Below, piece after piece: positions 1-11,929 of a stretch of DNA of 64,000 nucleotides; within the stretch, counting starts at the first letter, position 1, and every line of letters begins with the position of its first letter. The position numbers and the translations under genes were made by a program. The DNA comes from Podarcis tiliguerta. Lineage: Eukaryota. The notes under the pieces are model-generated. The model did no database searches. It worked only from the letters and a program-made list of their open reading frames with translations, and was not told where the DNA came from. Location of the stretch: the NCBI GenBank assembly GCA_965153285.1, contig OZ229119.1; one strand, given 5' to 3'.

Positions 1-1452
1 GTTGCAACAGAAAAATAAATATCTGCCTTGTTTTCCACTGGATTCTGTCTCCATCCATTCTTCTCTGACCGGTCATGGACTTAGAGGACTCAGAGTCCCA
101 TGGGAAGTTGGGAAGCAAAAGCCAAACCCTAATTTTTACATCAGAACAATTACTTCCATGCCCTCTCTTTTTCTTAATATTGTTGTTACCATTATACTTA
201 TTCCTACTATATGGGAACATCAGATTAGGGATGTGTTGCTTACGGAGTCCACTTATAAAATGAGTTTGTCCAAATAGAATAGAAGGGCACCGCTATGTAT
301 TCCTTGCCCTCCTAACTATGAGATGATAAATGGCTTTTGACATCTGAGGAGTCTTACCTCTTTCATCTCAGCATCTTTGAAATTAAGGTTATTATGTCTA
401 CAAGCACTGCCATCCACAAATTACTTTTAATTAAATGAAATTAGGCCATTAAAATCAAAGGGACTACACTAGATGAAATGTAACTGCATGTGTTTTGTAG
501 CAGGCCCTTGCACTTTCCAGAGACACGCCAACTTGAAAAAGGTTTCGGCTCACAGAGGTTTTTGAGTGGCTGGACTGTATAAGAAGTATTACTGAATTTA
601 GTTGAGTATGGCTATTAAATTCAGTATACTATAGCAAGGTTTCATATGGAAACTAACGCCTCATTGGTAATTCATTACTACAAATGGTCAATAGCAAAAG
701 TCACCTTTTTGTGACCACTTTTACAATAAAACCTCATTTCATCCTAGTCATTAAAATGATTACTTTTGGAATGATCTTGCAAATTAAATATCTAGGCTTC
801 AGCAGTATTGGAGTCATGTGACTCATTTGATTTTATTGGAGTTGCGCAGATAGCTTCCAATGTGCAACTTAAGAAAATTCCTAACTCTGCACTTGCAATG
901 TTTTCCATGTGTAATTAAACACTGCCTTTATATAGATGGGGGTTGGTGGGAGCCATAACTGAGGTTTATAGGCTAATGGCTTCTGCTCTTGATTTGTTCA
1001 AAGTGAAGGTGCTTTACGTTGTTCAAAAAAACGGTCCCATGTTGAGAAGGTTATATGTTCTTTTCTTCAAGAGTAGGGATAAAAGTCCCTCAGAAACATG
1101 GTTTAAAGTGGAAACAATTTGAAGTATCAGCTTTTGCTATGTTGGCAAGTACAGCTATAATGAAAAATAACCGCTTTGTAGTATATTAAAATGGACCATT
1201 TGGTGTTTGGAGGCTTCACTGTGTTTCATTTACCATACATTGTAGAGCCTTGATGTGTCAGGTTATTTTCTCTGTGTTTCTTCAGTTGTGTGCTGGTGCT
1301 TTTGGTTGTTGTTGTGGAGAGTTAGAAATAGTTTTGTGCAATTCATTTTTCACTCCACAGTTAATGAAATACCGAATCCATGGTGAAGTACTTATCAGTT
1401 CCACATAATTTGCCTCATTCTGTCATAGACTTTAAAAAGGGAATATACAGCA

Positions 1453-1701
1453 CAGTGATACCTTGTTTTGAGTCTGGGATCCTGGGCGCTCCACGAAAGG
1501 GACGCTCAACAAAGTGCCGCTCTTCACCCGCACGTGGAGGAGCGGTTTGTGCTTCTGTGCATGCGCGAAGTGCGATTTAGCACTTCTGCGCATGCTCAAG
1601 CAGTAAACCCGGAAGCAACCCGTTCTGGTACTTCCGGGTTTGCCATGGACATTTGCCAAAATGGACGGTCGATAGGGCAGACGTCTGTGGAGGTATTACT
1701 G
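1453..1701. mobile_element. Tc1/mariner (Tigger-like) non-autonomous MITE, somewhat degenerate
   Basis: Ends CAGTGATACCT...AGGTATTACTG, with TA on the right (left flank is CA). These are the same type of terminus as the MITEs at 5795 and 33254. Internal inverted repeat AAACCCGGAAG...CTTCCGGGTTT. Confidence 0.7.
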
Positions 1702-4017
1702 TAGTGTAACTGGGAATGCAATTGTTTTCTGTATTGAGCAGAAGTGCAGTTCCATAGCTATGCTTCTGTGTCCCATGCATACATATGCACAAATTTCGAA
1801 AACTTTTTCCTGAATTATTATTTTTTAAATTGTAGAAGAAAAATGCTGCTTTTTTAATACAGTGAATTTACTGCACCTGAAGGCATGTATGTGTGCATGC
1901 ATGGAATGACAACAAAACGCAAAGTTATATTCAGACTAAACCCATTAAAATAAATAAACCTAAGTTTGACATAGCTAATAACTTCTATAGGCCGACTCTG
2001 AGTTAGACTGCCATTGAATACAACTAAACCTTTATTTATTAGAAAAATACTTATAAGCCTCAGTGGAAAAGCAAATTATGTGGAAAAAATGGTTCATCAA
2101 CATTTAAGAATTATCCTTTCTTCTCGAAAGATATCTGTAGGTGCACAGCAATAGCTGAGCAGAACTAAGGTAATTTCCTCTTTCCTGGAAAGAATCCTAG
2201 CCACCCACACTATTATTTTGATGAGGGATTAACTGAACTACATGGTAAACATGTTCATGAAACTGCAGGTTTCATTCATTCATGGTATAGCATTGAGATA
2301 TTCTACCTGTTCCTTCTTTGGCCATGAAGAGACAATGAGAATTCATGGGTGAGGAATCCATTAAAGAATGAATTACAGGGTGCATGCCAGGAGGAGTGAA
2401 CATTTTTTATAACCCTTAACTTCGAGTATGAAAACATAAGTGCAGGTCTATAGATTACAGCTGCCATATGGAGCCGCTCTAAATTGCTCCACACGACAAC
2501 CCTTATACCCAAGACAGTTGTTTCTGTGCAATGGCTCAAGACATGTACGGAGCAGTTTTCTCTGCACCACTGCAAATGTCCCGGAATGTTTTGTGCTGAT
2601 GTGATGTAGATAACAATTCACCAGTCAGATTGTGCATTGTTTCTACTTCTCACCAACTACGGTGGCCATGGTTCTCTGGCTTGGTGACATTTTAGCTAGT
2701 TCTCAGTCTGTGTTAATGCATTGAGGCTGTAGGACTAATTCACACGACTTGAGCATGAACAGTGGGAGGAGCAAACACTCCCATGCCTCCACCAAGCCTA
2801 TAATAGAATACGAAACATTGACCTTATGGATGCAACACTTGTGTGATCTTCCTTTGCAAAATTGGTGTGTGTGTTTGTGTGTGTCGCAAACAGCTAAAAG
2901 CTAAAGTGCGTTCTCATTAATGTATGATGGCCATAGTCTGTTTGCTGTGCACTAAAACAACTGTCAGAATCACATGCAGACTACATGCTTGATTAACCAC
3001 ATGGACGGTCTGCTTTTGAAAACTGTGATGACTTAAAAGTGTCAACTGGATGCATTCTGGAATTGTTTGGCCTGTCAGGCACCTTGAGGATGACATATCA
3101 GCTTTCACTTAGGATTACTGAAAAAAGGCAGAGCACAGAGGCGGTGATTAGCCAGACAATGCCACAGAAAGCGCCATAATTTATTCAAGCAATTTAGAAT
3201 GCTAGAATATTTGTTTTATAAAAAACACCCCAAGAAAGCTGATTGTTACCTTGAGCCAATCTGTCTATATAATCTGCCTAATGAATGAGACAAGTGCTAA
3301 ACTATTTAGAATTTATGTGGATAAATGATTCATGAAGAAACACATCACTTTAATAGTGAATAGAGCTGAGAGCCAGCTATTGTGAAAGCCAATGACCCAT
3401 GAACCAAGGCAAACAAAGGCTTCCCCCCTCCTAGTCATTTCGACAGTTAAAAAAATATAGCCCATTGAAACAACTGCTAGCTTAATTGACATATATTGTT
3501 GGGTTTGGAAGACTGTTTTCTAATTCCTGAACTGGTATAAATAAATATACAGATGGGTCATGCCAGGAAGCAACTCATCAATTAAAAAGCATTACCCACA
3601 TTCAAGCCTTTGTTATAATTTAACTGAATATGGTGTAATTTGACGCACGGTGTCCATTTTTATCGAGACTTTACACTCTGGTCACATTGAAGGGAGACAG
3701 CACCCAAGCTATTTATCTTGCTATGCTTTTAGTGATCAGACAGAAATATTCACCGTGCAGCACAGGTATCAATATATTAAGATGCATTTCGTTCATTTTG
3801 TAGCAATGGCAGCATGAGGTGATTTTGAATCGTAGGTTAATAAATAAAGATAAAAGAGAATTGTAAGCCAGCAGCTGAAGAACTGGTTAATTAGTTCAAA
3901 TGACTGTGCGAACTCCAGTCCTTCAGTGACTTTTCAAGCCACTGGGTGCTTTTCCAAACTTATTTTAGCAACCCTGCCTCTTGCCTAGCCTCTCTGGTGT
4001 CCTTCTCTCTTATATAT

Positions 4018-4599
4018 TGTTACAAAAGTTGGGTGCCACCCCCACCCTCTGCTGAGCGATAGCAAAATCCCAGGGGGTTCCAGGCACTCACCCAGGGTCT
4101 GTGTTCCTTTGGAGAATTGAGACACAGCAGAGACTGTCGTAGCTTTAAGAAATATGGTTTATTCACCTATTTACACCTTCAGTCTGCATGGAGGGAGTCC
4201 AGATCTTACAGGATGGTCATTTCAAGAGGGGCTTGCCATGCAGCCAGCCTTCAGCCAGCCTGCCCAAGATGGACCTCTCTTCTTCATTCTTCTTCCCAGA
4301 ACACCCTTGCCCAAGACTCTCTTTTCCTGTCATCTCACACCCAGTTACCCTGGCAACATTCCATCCCCCCATCTCTGTTCACACCTCTGGGCAAGGGGGG
4401 GAGGACAGTCCCCTTGCATTTCCAATGGCCCTCAATCGCCTTGTATTGTTTCTGAATGGCCTTAGCTTGGCCAGGTCATTGTGCATAGATCAGGAATTCC
4501 TCTGCAGCTTGTATTTCACCCTTTGCATCACAAATAATCAAAATTCTACCATTTTTTTGAGTTTAGGGTTTAAGGGGGTTGAACCCCAAATCTATAACA
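4018..4599 (-). mobile_element. Solo LTR (Gypsy/ERV-type)
   Basis: Starts TGTTACA and ends TATAACA (TG...CA, short inverted ends). AATAAA is on the minus strand near 4158. TSD is imperfect (ATAT vs CCAT). Confidence 0.65.
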
Positions 4600-4695
4600 C
4601 CATCATACAGTTGCTACTTGAGTGGTATACAGGTTTGGCTAGTGTGAAGTTGCTGAAATAAATGGGATTCAAGTTAGCCATGACTAAGTCATGAC

Positions 4696-5632
4696 TTATT
4701 CAACATCTTTATCAACGACTTGGATGATGGACTCAAGGGCATCCTTATCAAATTTGCAGGTGACACCAAACTGGGAGGGGTGGCTAACACCCCAGAGGAC
4801 AGGATCACACTTCAAAATGACCTTGACAGATTAGAGAACTGGGCCAAAACAAACAAGATGAATTTTAACAGGGAGAAATGTAAAGTATTGCACTTGGGCA
4901 AAAAAAATGAGAGGCACAAATACAAGATGGGTGACACCTGGCTTGAGAGCAGTACATGTGAAAACGATCTAGGAGTTTTAGTTGACTACAAACTTGACAT
5001 GAGCCAACAGTGTGACTTGGCAGCTAAAAAAGCCAATGCAATTCTGGGCTGCATCAATAGGAGTATAGCATCTAGATCAAGGGAAGTAATAGTGCCACTG
5101 TATTCTGCTCTGGTCAGACCTCACCTGGAGTACTGTGTCCAGTTCTGGGCACCACAGTTCAAGAAGGACACTGACAAACTGGAACGTGTCCAGAGGAGGG
5201 CAACCAAAATGGTCAAAGGCCTGGAAACGTGCCTTATGAGGAACGGCTAAGGGAGCTGGGCATGTTTAGCCTGGAGAAGAGGAGGTTAAGGGGTGATATG
5301 ATAGCCATGTTCAAATATATAAAAGGATGTCACAAAGAGGAGGGGGGAAAGGTTGTTTTCTGCTGCTCCAGAGAAGCGGACACAGAGCAATGGATCCAAA
5401 CTACAAGAAAGAAGATTCCACCTAAACATTAGGAAGAACTTCCTGGCAGTAAGAGCTGTCCGACAGTGGAATTTGCTGCCAAGGAGTGTGGTGGAGTCTC
5501 CTTCTTTGGAGGTCTTTAAGCAGAGGCTTGACAACTATATGTCAGGAGTGCTCTGATGGTGTTTCCTGCTTGGCAGGGGGTTGGACTCGATGGCCCTTGT
5601 GGTCTCTTCCAACTCTATGATTCTATGATTCT
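4696..5632 (+). mobile_element. 5'-truncated CR1 LINE (ORF2 RT C-terminus + 3'UTR), frameshifted
   Basis: ORFs 4720-5556 carry CR1 motifs ([40 protein letters not shown]). Tail is (ATTCTATG)n. Single-base frameshifts near 5229 and 5345 relative to the copy at 52.7 kb. CTAAGTCA is repeated at 4684-4691 and 5631-5638. Confidence 0.95.
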
Positions 5633-5794
5633 AAGTCACTCTAAGCTTCCAGTCAAGGTCATGGGCTAGATGAACCATTGATCTCACCCTGTAAAGGACA
5701 GCAGTATCCTATGTAGAACTCCTTTTCCCTGCCTCCACCCACTCCTGCCTCTTTCCTTTAGCCTCTTTCCTTTTGGGCTGCCTGTCTCTTAGTA

Positions 5795-6025
5795 CAGTGG
5801 TACCTCGGCTTACAGATGCTTCAGGTTACATACGCTTCAGGTTACAGACTCTGCTAACCTAGAAATAGTACCTCAGGTTAAGAACTTTGCTTCAGGATGA
5901 GAACAGAAATCGTGCAGCAGCAGCAGGAGGCCCCATTAGCTAAAGTGGTACCTCAGGTTAAGCACAGTTTCAGGTTAAGAACAGACCTCCAGAACGAATT
6001 AAGTTCTTAACCCGAGGTACCACTG
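5795..6025. mobile_element. Tc1/mariner (Tigger-like) MITE
   Basis: TIR CAGTGGTACCTCGG...CCGAGGTACCACTG with TA on both sides. Internal TCAGGTTA repeats. An inverted sister copy lies at 33254. Confidence 0.9.
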
Positions 6026-7052
6026 TATTCCTAACTATCCCCAGGCATTCTCAGGCTCCATGCATCTCTTGTGTGTTGTTTTAATCCTAGTTGTTCCTCT
6101 CCCTCGCAGGTGCGGGACATCAATTGTTTTAAGTTCCACGACAAACTGAATATTCTGAGCCCTCACCGTAGTGCATTCAATCACTATCAAACACTGTACT
6201 GCCACAAGTAAAATGCAGACAAGGAACCTCAGGCAGCAGTACTTCCCAGCGCCTCCTTTGAGCAGGAGATGTCAAGAAGCTGAACTTCAGACCTTCTGCA
6301 TACAAAACATGTACAGTACTCAACTACTGAGCAACAGACACTGCCTAGTATTTTAGTTGCCACTTGGCAGTCAACTAAATACCTGTGTCTATTATCTACA
6401 GGGAGAGCAGATCTGTGTTTGCTCTCTGTGCGAAACATTTTCTTAGATATGCTAAACAATTTTCAAACGATTCCTTCTACCATTTTACCTCATTGTGGGA
6501 ATTAAAAGACACAGGAGTATTGCTGAGTTCCTGTACTCTCACGCAAGTGTTTTTATTGTACAATTGTGGGTGGTTCTCCATAGTTCATCTTTGATGGCCT
6601 TCACCAGGAATCTTTTTTTTTCTTTCCTGCAGCTGCATCAACCTTGGAGAGCTGACAAGTTATGTCATGCATGTGGCTATCACCGTGTGCAAAGTGTCTG
6701 AACTGCTTTGGACTGCTGTAACGATAAGCCTTCAAATACCTATTTGGCAATTTCTGTACTTTAACCAATCACTGAGTCATATGGAGCAGCTGTATGTTCC
6801 CCTTCATTTGTTAATAAGAGACAAATCGTCCCTTGAAAAGTTTGTAATCTGATTTGGCACAGGCATACTAAGAAGGAAGAGGTAAAAATAAATCTCCCTT
6901 TCATTAGGATCTGTCACAGGGAGGAGATGAGGAAGAAGAGAACACCACAAGAGAGTTGCATGGGAAATGCAATTAAACAAAGCAGTCATCAGATGTGTTT
7001 TTGGTCTGGTTTGGTCTGCCTTAAAAAGGCTGCTTCCAAAAGGAGTCTATCC

Positions 7053-7174
7053 TAAGGTTACCAGACATCCCCGTTTCCCAGGGACAGTCTCCAGATTTAC
7101 AAATCAGTCCCCATACAAAATCCATTGAAGTTGAAAAGTGTCCCTGGATTCATTGAAAAAAATTGGTAACCTTA
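7053..7174. mobile_element. hAT MITE (122 bp)
   Basis: TIR TAAGGTTACCA...TGGTAACCTTA. Perfect 8-bp TSD GTCTATCC (7045-7052, 7175-7182). Confidence 0.9.
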
Positions 7175-7225
7175 GTCTATCCCAGCAGGGGTTGCATTGG
7201 GGAGCAAATTTAAAAGATGCTCAAG

Positions 7226-7386
7226 GTGTCAAAGAGAACAGCTACCAGACTTTTAGAGGCCATTTGAAGGCAGCCCTGTTTAGGGAAGCTTTTAATGTTT
7301 GATGTATTACAGTATTTTAATTTTTTTTGGAAGCCGCCCAGAGTGGCTGGATAAGCCCAGCCAGATGGGCGGGGTATAAATAATAA

Positions 7387-7437
<51 letters not shown>
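7226..7437 (+). mobile_element. L2-type LINE 3' end with (TTA)n tail
   Basis: Shares ...GAAGGCAGCCCTGTTTAGGGAAG...CAGCCAGATGGGCGGGGTATAAATAA with the copies at 32.6 and 37 kb. Long TTA microsatellite tail at ~7389-7437. Confidence 0.8.
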
Positions 7438-8203
7438 TGGCAAGCCCTGTGTTCAGGACCCAGAGAGTGCACTCTGACACTTGTTCCTTTGCAGCCATAA
7501 TTTTACCTTCTTCATACATCATCAGGTGTGATATCTTCTGTGGGATAGGGGGCATGGCTTGGGGGAAATGGCCTTATGGGCCAAATTAGAACCAATTGTG
7601 TGACTTATTGGAGTGCAGACCAGATGCTCCCCATGCCTGCATGGTGTGTGTGTGTGTATGGTGGTGTGTGTGTGTATGGGCCTTGGTTGTACCAAGGTAA
7701 TGGGCTTGGTATGGTCACAATCCCTCTCATACATATAATACTAATGACTTCATAAGGCTAAAGCCCATTGGCCAATAGAGAAATGTCAAAGGTGTCAATG
7801 GCACTGTAAGGCCAAGGTGCTATCACCTGTTCTTCCCAGCATGCTACACCACGGTCACTATATATTCACACTATATATTCACCTACTTTCTTCTCCCGCC
7901 TCCCAACAATGCTCATAAAAATAAAGGGTAAGCAGAAATGAACATACGCCTCCAAACCCAACACTTCATTATTACTTTCTTTCATAAGAAAGTGCTATTC
8001 ACTATCTCCGATTTTGAGATTTAATATCCTTCTCATTGGAGAACCCAAATTGCATAGAAAATAGTCTATGAAGCCACAGGGCAAGAAGCAGTCAACGCCT
8101 TCAAAATAGAATAAAACCTGTGTAGCCTGGACTATCCATGAATGGCAATAAAATTGCTGACTGTACTGAGAAGGTACACATTAAATATTCTCTCCCGTTG
8201 CAA

Positions 8204-8223
8204 CTAAAAATAGCTAACAGTTG
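8204..8223. promoter_or_regulatory. Candidate MEF2 site plus adjacent E-box
   Basis: Perfect CTAAAAATAG (8204-8213) followed by CAGTTG (8218-8223) in non-repeat DNA. Motif match only. Confidence 0.25.
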
Positions 8224-9159
8224 AATGAAATGCATTTTGTTGTTGTAAGTTATAAGGGATCCCTTTTTGCCTCTGCTTATGAAGTGTGAAATGCCTAACT
8301 CAGAAAAGTGTGGCCATTACAGAAGAATGCAGTGTTTCAATAGAGCATAAATTGCTCTCTATTGTGGTTGGTACTGTAAGTACTTCTTTTACTGCACAGA
8401 CAGCTGATCGGAGCTGCTGCAGATATGGACAGAGCCTGACCAAATGTCAGCTTTGACTGAGCTTGGGTTGGTTTTTCAAATAAGCCTTCATGCCCTCAAA
8501 ATAAGTGAAAAATTGCTCATTAAATCTACAAAAAGACTCTTCCGTTGACCCCATTTTTGACCTTCTCAGTGGTCAAATGTGTAATGTTGAAGCTGTCAAT
8601 TAGAGGGTTTATTTCAAAGAGAAAGACTACAGAATTTAGCCTAGTGCTGCCCATTAACATGAACTATCCGATACTGGGTTCAAATGCATTCTTATGAGAA
8701 TGTGTTCAGCCAGGAGTATGGAGCCAGTTGTTAGATAGTTCTCTAAATATATTCAAGAACCTGTCTTCAAGAATTCCTGGCTAAAGTCAGATTTATGCTA
8801 CCCCAATACCAATTTGACTCAAAATTGCCAAGAGCTAATTCTCTCGTTTCTTTTATGTTTTCCTGGCAGCATGTATGGATAATAACTGTGCAAACTTAGG
8901 GAAGTAAAAAAAAGTGAAGACAATATATCTAAGTATTATTACTTAAATTATCCATCAGCCACCTTCAGTATAAAAACCTTCATGGAAACTTAGAAGCTTA
9001 CAAAAATCAATACAAAAATCCATAACATACCACAAACCACTATGAACCAAATAATGAAATTAGGAGAGTTAATGTTAATTTAACTATAAACACTGGGGGT
9101 GGTTATTTTAGCCAAAACTCATTCCACTTTTAGTGGGAACAGCTTGAAAGAAAACTGGC

Positions 9160-9518
9160 AGAATGGAAGCAAGAAGAATTACCAACAAAAGAAGACTGGC
9201 AGGCGAAACTGATGGACTATGCGGAGATGGCGGAAATGACAGGGAAAATCAGAAACCAATAAGATCAAGTATTCGAAAAAGATTGGAGCAAATATTTGAA
9301 TTATTGAAATGAACATTGTAAACACTTAAAATTACTGGCAGGAGTGTAAAGAGCTTGTAATGGGAAATGTTAATTAAATCTAAAAGAGAAAGCTTTGATT
9401 AAGTATTGGTTTATAAGTACAATATGCAGTCAATTTGTATCACAGTAGAAACCCATGAAGGGCAGAAGGAAGTCAGAAGGTCAAATTGAAGCAGTAAAAA
9501 TGATGTGAAAAATGTGAA
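9160..9518 (+). mobile_element. Decayed L1-type LINE 3' fragment
   Basis: Translates WKQEELPTKEDWQAKLMDYAEMAEMTGKIRN, homologous to the C-terminus of ORF 57598-58662. Contains stops. Confidence 0.8.

Positions 9519-9562
<44 letters not shown>
9519..9562. repeat. Compound (AT)n(AG)n microsatellite
   Basis: Directly visible. Confidence 0.95.
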
Positions 9563-9565
<3 letters not shown>

Positions 9566-9619
9566 ACACTGGCAGAGGAACATTAAGGGCTGAGGACTAC
9601 TAAAGTATCAATGCCACAG

Positions 9620-9822
9620 AGCCAATACAGTGTAGTGGTTAGAGGCTGGACTAGGATGTAGCTGACTAGGGTTCACAGCCATGATCATCCATGAAGCTCA
9701 CTGGGAGACTTTAGACCAATTATTGTCTCTCAGCCTAATCTACCTGTTTTGAGGACTAGATGGGGAAAGGAGAAGCCATGAACTCCTTGGAAAGGGCGGA
9801 TATAAATAAATAATAATAATAC
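9620..9822 (+). mobile_element. Old tRNA-derived SINE (CORE/MIR-like, L2-type tail)
   Basis: tRNA-like head (GTGTAGTGGTTAGAG...GGGTTCA), core CTCTCAGCCTAATCTACCT and a (TAAA)/(TAA)n tail. Homologous to the minus-strand SINE at 22.6/23.2 kb. Confidence 0.65.
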
Positions 9823-10003
9823 ATTGCTACTTTGAGCTGAAGCCAGAAAATACTGGCAAGCAAGCTTGGAAATGAGAGGGAGCTGATTGTAATGGGGACC
9901 ACTGTTGGACATACAGTTGTTTGGTCCTTGACTTTGCTATGGATGATCTCAGTCTCCATTTTCGGAGGGGAAGAATTTTTTACATTAGGTTAATTGGCAG
10001 GTT

Positions 10004-10488
10004 TGACACTGGGTAGAGCAGGCTTCCTCAACCTCGGCCCTCCAGATGTTTTGAGACTACAATTCCCATCATCCCTGGCCACTGGTCCTGCTAGCTAGGG
10101 ATCACGGGAGTTGTAGGCCGAAAACATCTGGAAGGCCGAGGGTGAGGAAGCCTGGGGTAGAGCCTTTCTCATGGTCAGAGGCAGGTTGTAAGTCTCTGCC
10201 TGTCCCTCTGAGGGGATGGGCTATCTCATTGAAGGGATCAAGGAGGAGGTGCTTCTGTCCAAATGCCTCAAGCCAGGTGAGAAGGCACCTACTTGAGATA
10301 TATCATAGGTCCCCCTCATCCTCGTATCAACCCCCAATGCATCTAGCAGGTAGGCTGGTTGATATAGGATATACCCAATGCCTAGGTCAAATCCCCTTAC
10401 ATCTGCAGTCAATAAAGTTGTGGCCTGATTCGATCCAAATTAGCGTTGTCATGGGGTCTTTGAACTTGGGTGGCGCGGCACCTTCACA
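10004..10488 (+). mobile_element. Old LTR-like element, copy A (interrupted by hAT MITE; 5' boundary uncertain)
   Basis: Shares TGCTTCTGTCCARATGCC, TACCCAATGCCTA and CTTACATCT...AATAAAGTTGTGG with copies at 18.7, 44.9 and 47.1 kb. Ends ...CACA. Confidence 0.55.
10019..10154. mobile_element. Palindromic hAT MITE (136 bp)
   Basis: TIR CAGGCTTCCTCA...TGAGGAAGCCTG. Near-complete fold-back. Perfect 8-bp TSD GGGTAGAG (10011-10018, 10155-10162). Confidence 0.92.
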
Positions 10489-11377
10489 GTGCATTGCCAC
10501 AAAACCTGATATAGGATTAAGTGTCGAAAGTATCAAACAAAATGCGGCATAACAGCAGGACTCAATAGGAACAGATTGATTGTGATGACTCTTTCCTCTG
10601 CATCAAATGAAACAATGACACGCGAAGCGGGGCTATTTTTGTTAAGAAGTGAGTGCATCTTAAAAATGGGACTCATTTATATAAAGGGTATGATTTAAAA
10701 TATTCCAGCAGTACCACAGCCTATAAATATACCACAAGGCTTAATTAATTCAATTTAATATGCAACATTTTTGTAGAAAATAAAATATACTATCCTGGCG
10801 GCCCATACCTAAATACATTTACCTTGAAACATTTAAATGGAATTTACTTCCAAGTAAGTATGCTTGGGATAGTAGCTACTTCAACTTGGGAGTGTGATTT
10901 TTTAAAAAACATTTGTCTCAATTTAACCACCAAGTGATGGCAGTGAACTTACTAATGATTTCAGCTGTTTCATGTCGCATTCTTCCTTTTAAATTCCTTT
11001 GTCCCAGACCACCACTGCTGTCACTTACAGTTCTCAGATGAAACCACTCAACTGTACTTGCTTTCAGTCAGCCCCACAACTTAAAGCAACAAGGCTACAC
11101 AACAGAGGTACGGACACCTGGACCCGACCGTGGGTCAGATCCTGATGCTAATTCTGCCTTCATGCCTTTTCTGGCAACACTGTAACAGGTCCTAATAACG
11201 CCACCCACAATGTCAAGTCTATGCAACAGAATAAATGGACACAAATATGACATCACACATGGCAATATCCATAAACAAATGGAAATAGATTCCAGTCTCC
11301 CAGGACATCCTGTAACTGACCTTTTGGTGGCTATTCCTCCACCCTACAATTTTCTCCATGTAACTGACAGGTAAGAT

Positions 11378-11515
11378 TTTGCTTCATGCATCTGATAGAG
11401 GGGGACTAAGTCCATGAAAGTTTATCCCATAATAAATACTTTAGTCTTTAAGCTGCCGCAAGACACTATGATGGTTTCTGCTGCAAGAGGCTAATATGGG
11501 TAACCCTTTGGATTC
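11378..11515 (+). mobile_element. Penelope-like element pseudo-LTR remnant with degenerate hammerhead ribozyme
   Basis: GCATCTGATAGAG-GGGGACT-AAGTCC-ATGAAAG-TTTA followed by AATAAA...TAGTCTTT, homologous to 59.6 kb. Matches my recollection of reptile Penelope terminal repeats. Confidence 0.65.
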
Positions 11516-11725
11516 CTATCACAAATGTTGTTGTAAGTGTTCTGTGAGTGTGATGCCGTTACACTGCGGCCAAAGCTTTTTCTCAAGGGAATGTGTTTTT
11601 TTGTTCCAGGGGCTTGGAAGATGTTTTAACTATTCACTTCTTCCCATTATTTAGCCATAAGTGACCCCATAAGCAATACCATTGTGCGGTCTTAAGGGCA
11701 AGGAACACTCTCAGATAAAGCAAGA

Positions 11726-11929
11726 GACTCCATCTGCTATACTTTTAAAGCAGTATCATGCCACTTTAAACAGTCAGAGCTTCCCTCAGTGAATCCTGGG
11801 AACTGTAGTTTGATAAGGGTGAGGAGCCAACTTCCCACACTCTTAACAAACTACAGTTCCCAGCATTCTTTGGGGAACCCATGGCTGTTTAATGTGGAAG
11901 TGCTCTAAATGTATAGTTCAGATGCAGCC
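11726..11929. mobile_element. Palindromic MITE (PIF/Harbinger-like)
   Basis: Long imperfect inverted arms (CATCTGCTATAC.../...GTATAGTTCAGATG; CTGGGAACTGTAGTTTG / CAAACTACAGTTCCCAG). TAA on the right flank. Superfamily is inferred. Confidence 0.6.

Noticed and set aside
4117-4661. Overlapping 103-157 aa ORFs
   Set aside because: They lie in a solo LTR and have no recognisable domains.
5795-6025. Spaced TCAGGTTA repeats (and TCTTGCGA at 58.9 kb) resembling a CRISPR array
   Set aside because: Short, irregular internal repeats of TA-flanked MITEs in a vertebrate genome, with no cas genes.
7210-7443. Poly-Asn ORF (and poly-Tyr/poly-Ile ORFs at 22.2-22.5 kb)
   Set aside because: Translations of (TTA)n microsatellite tails.
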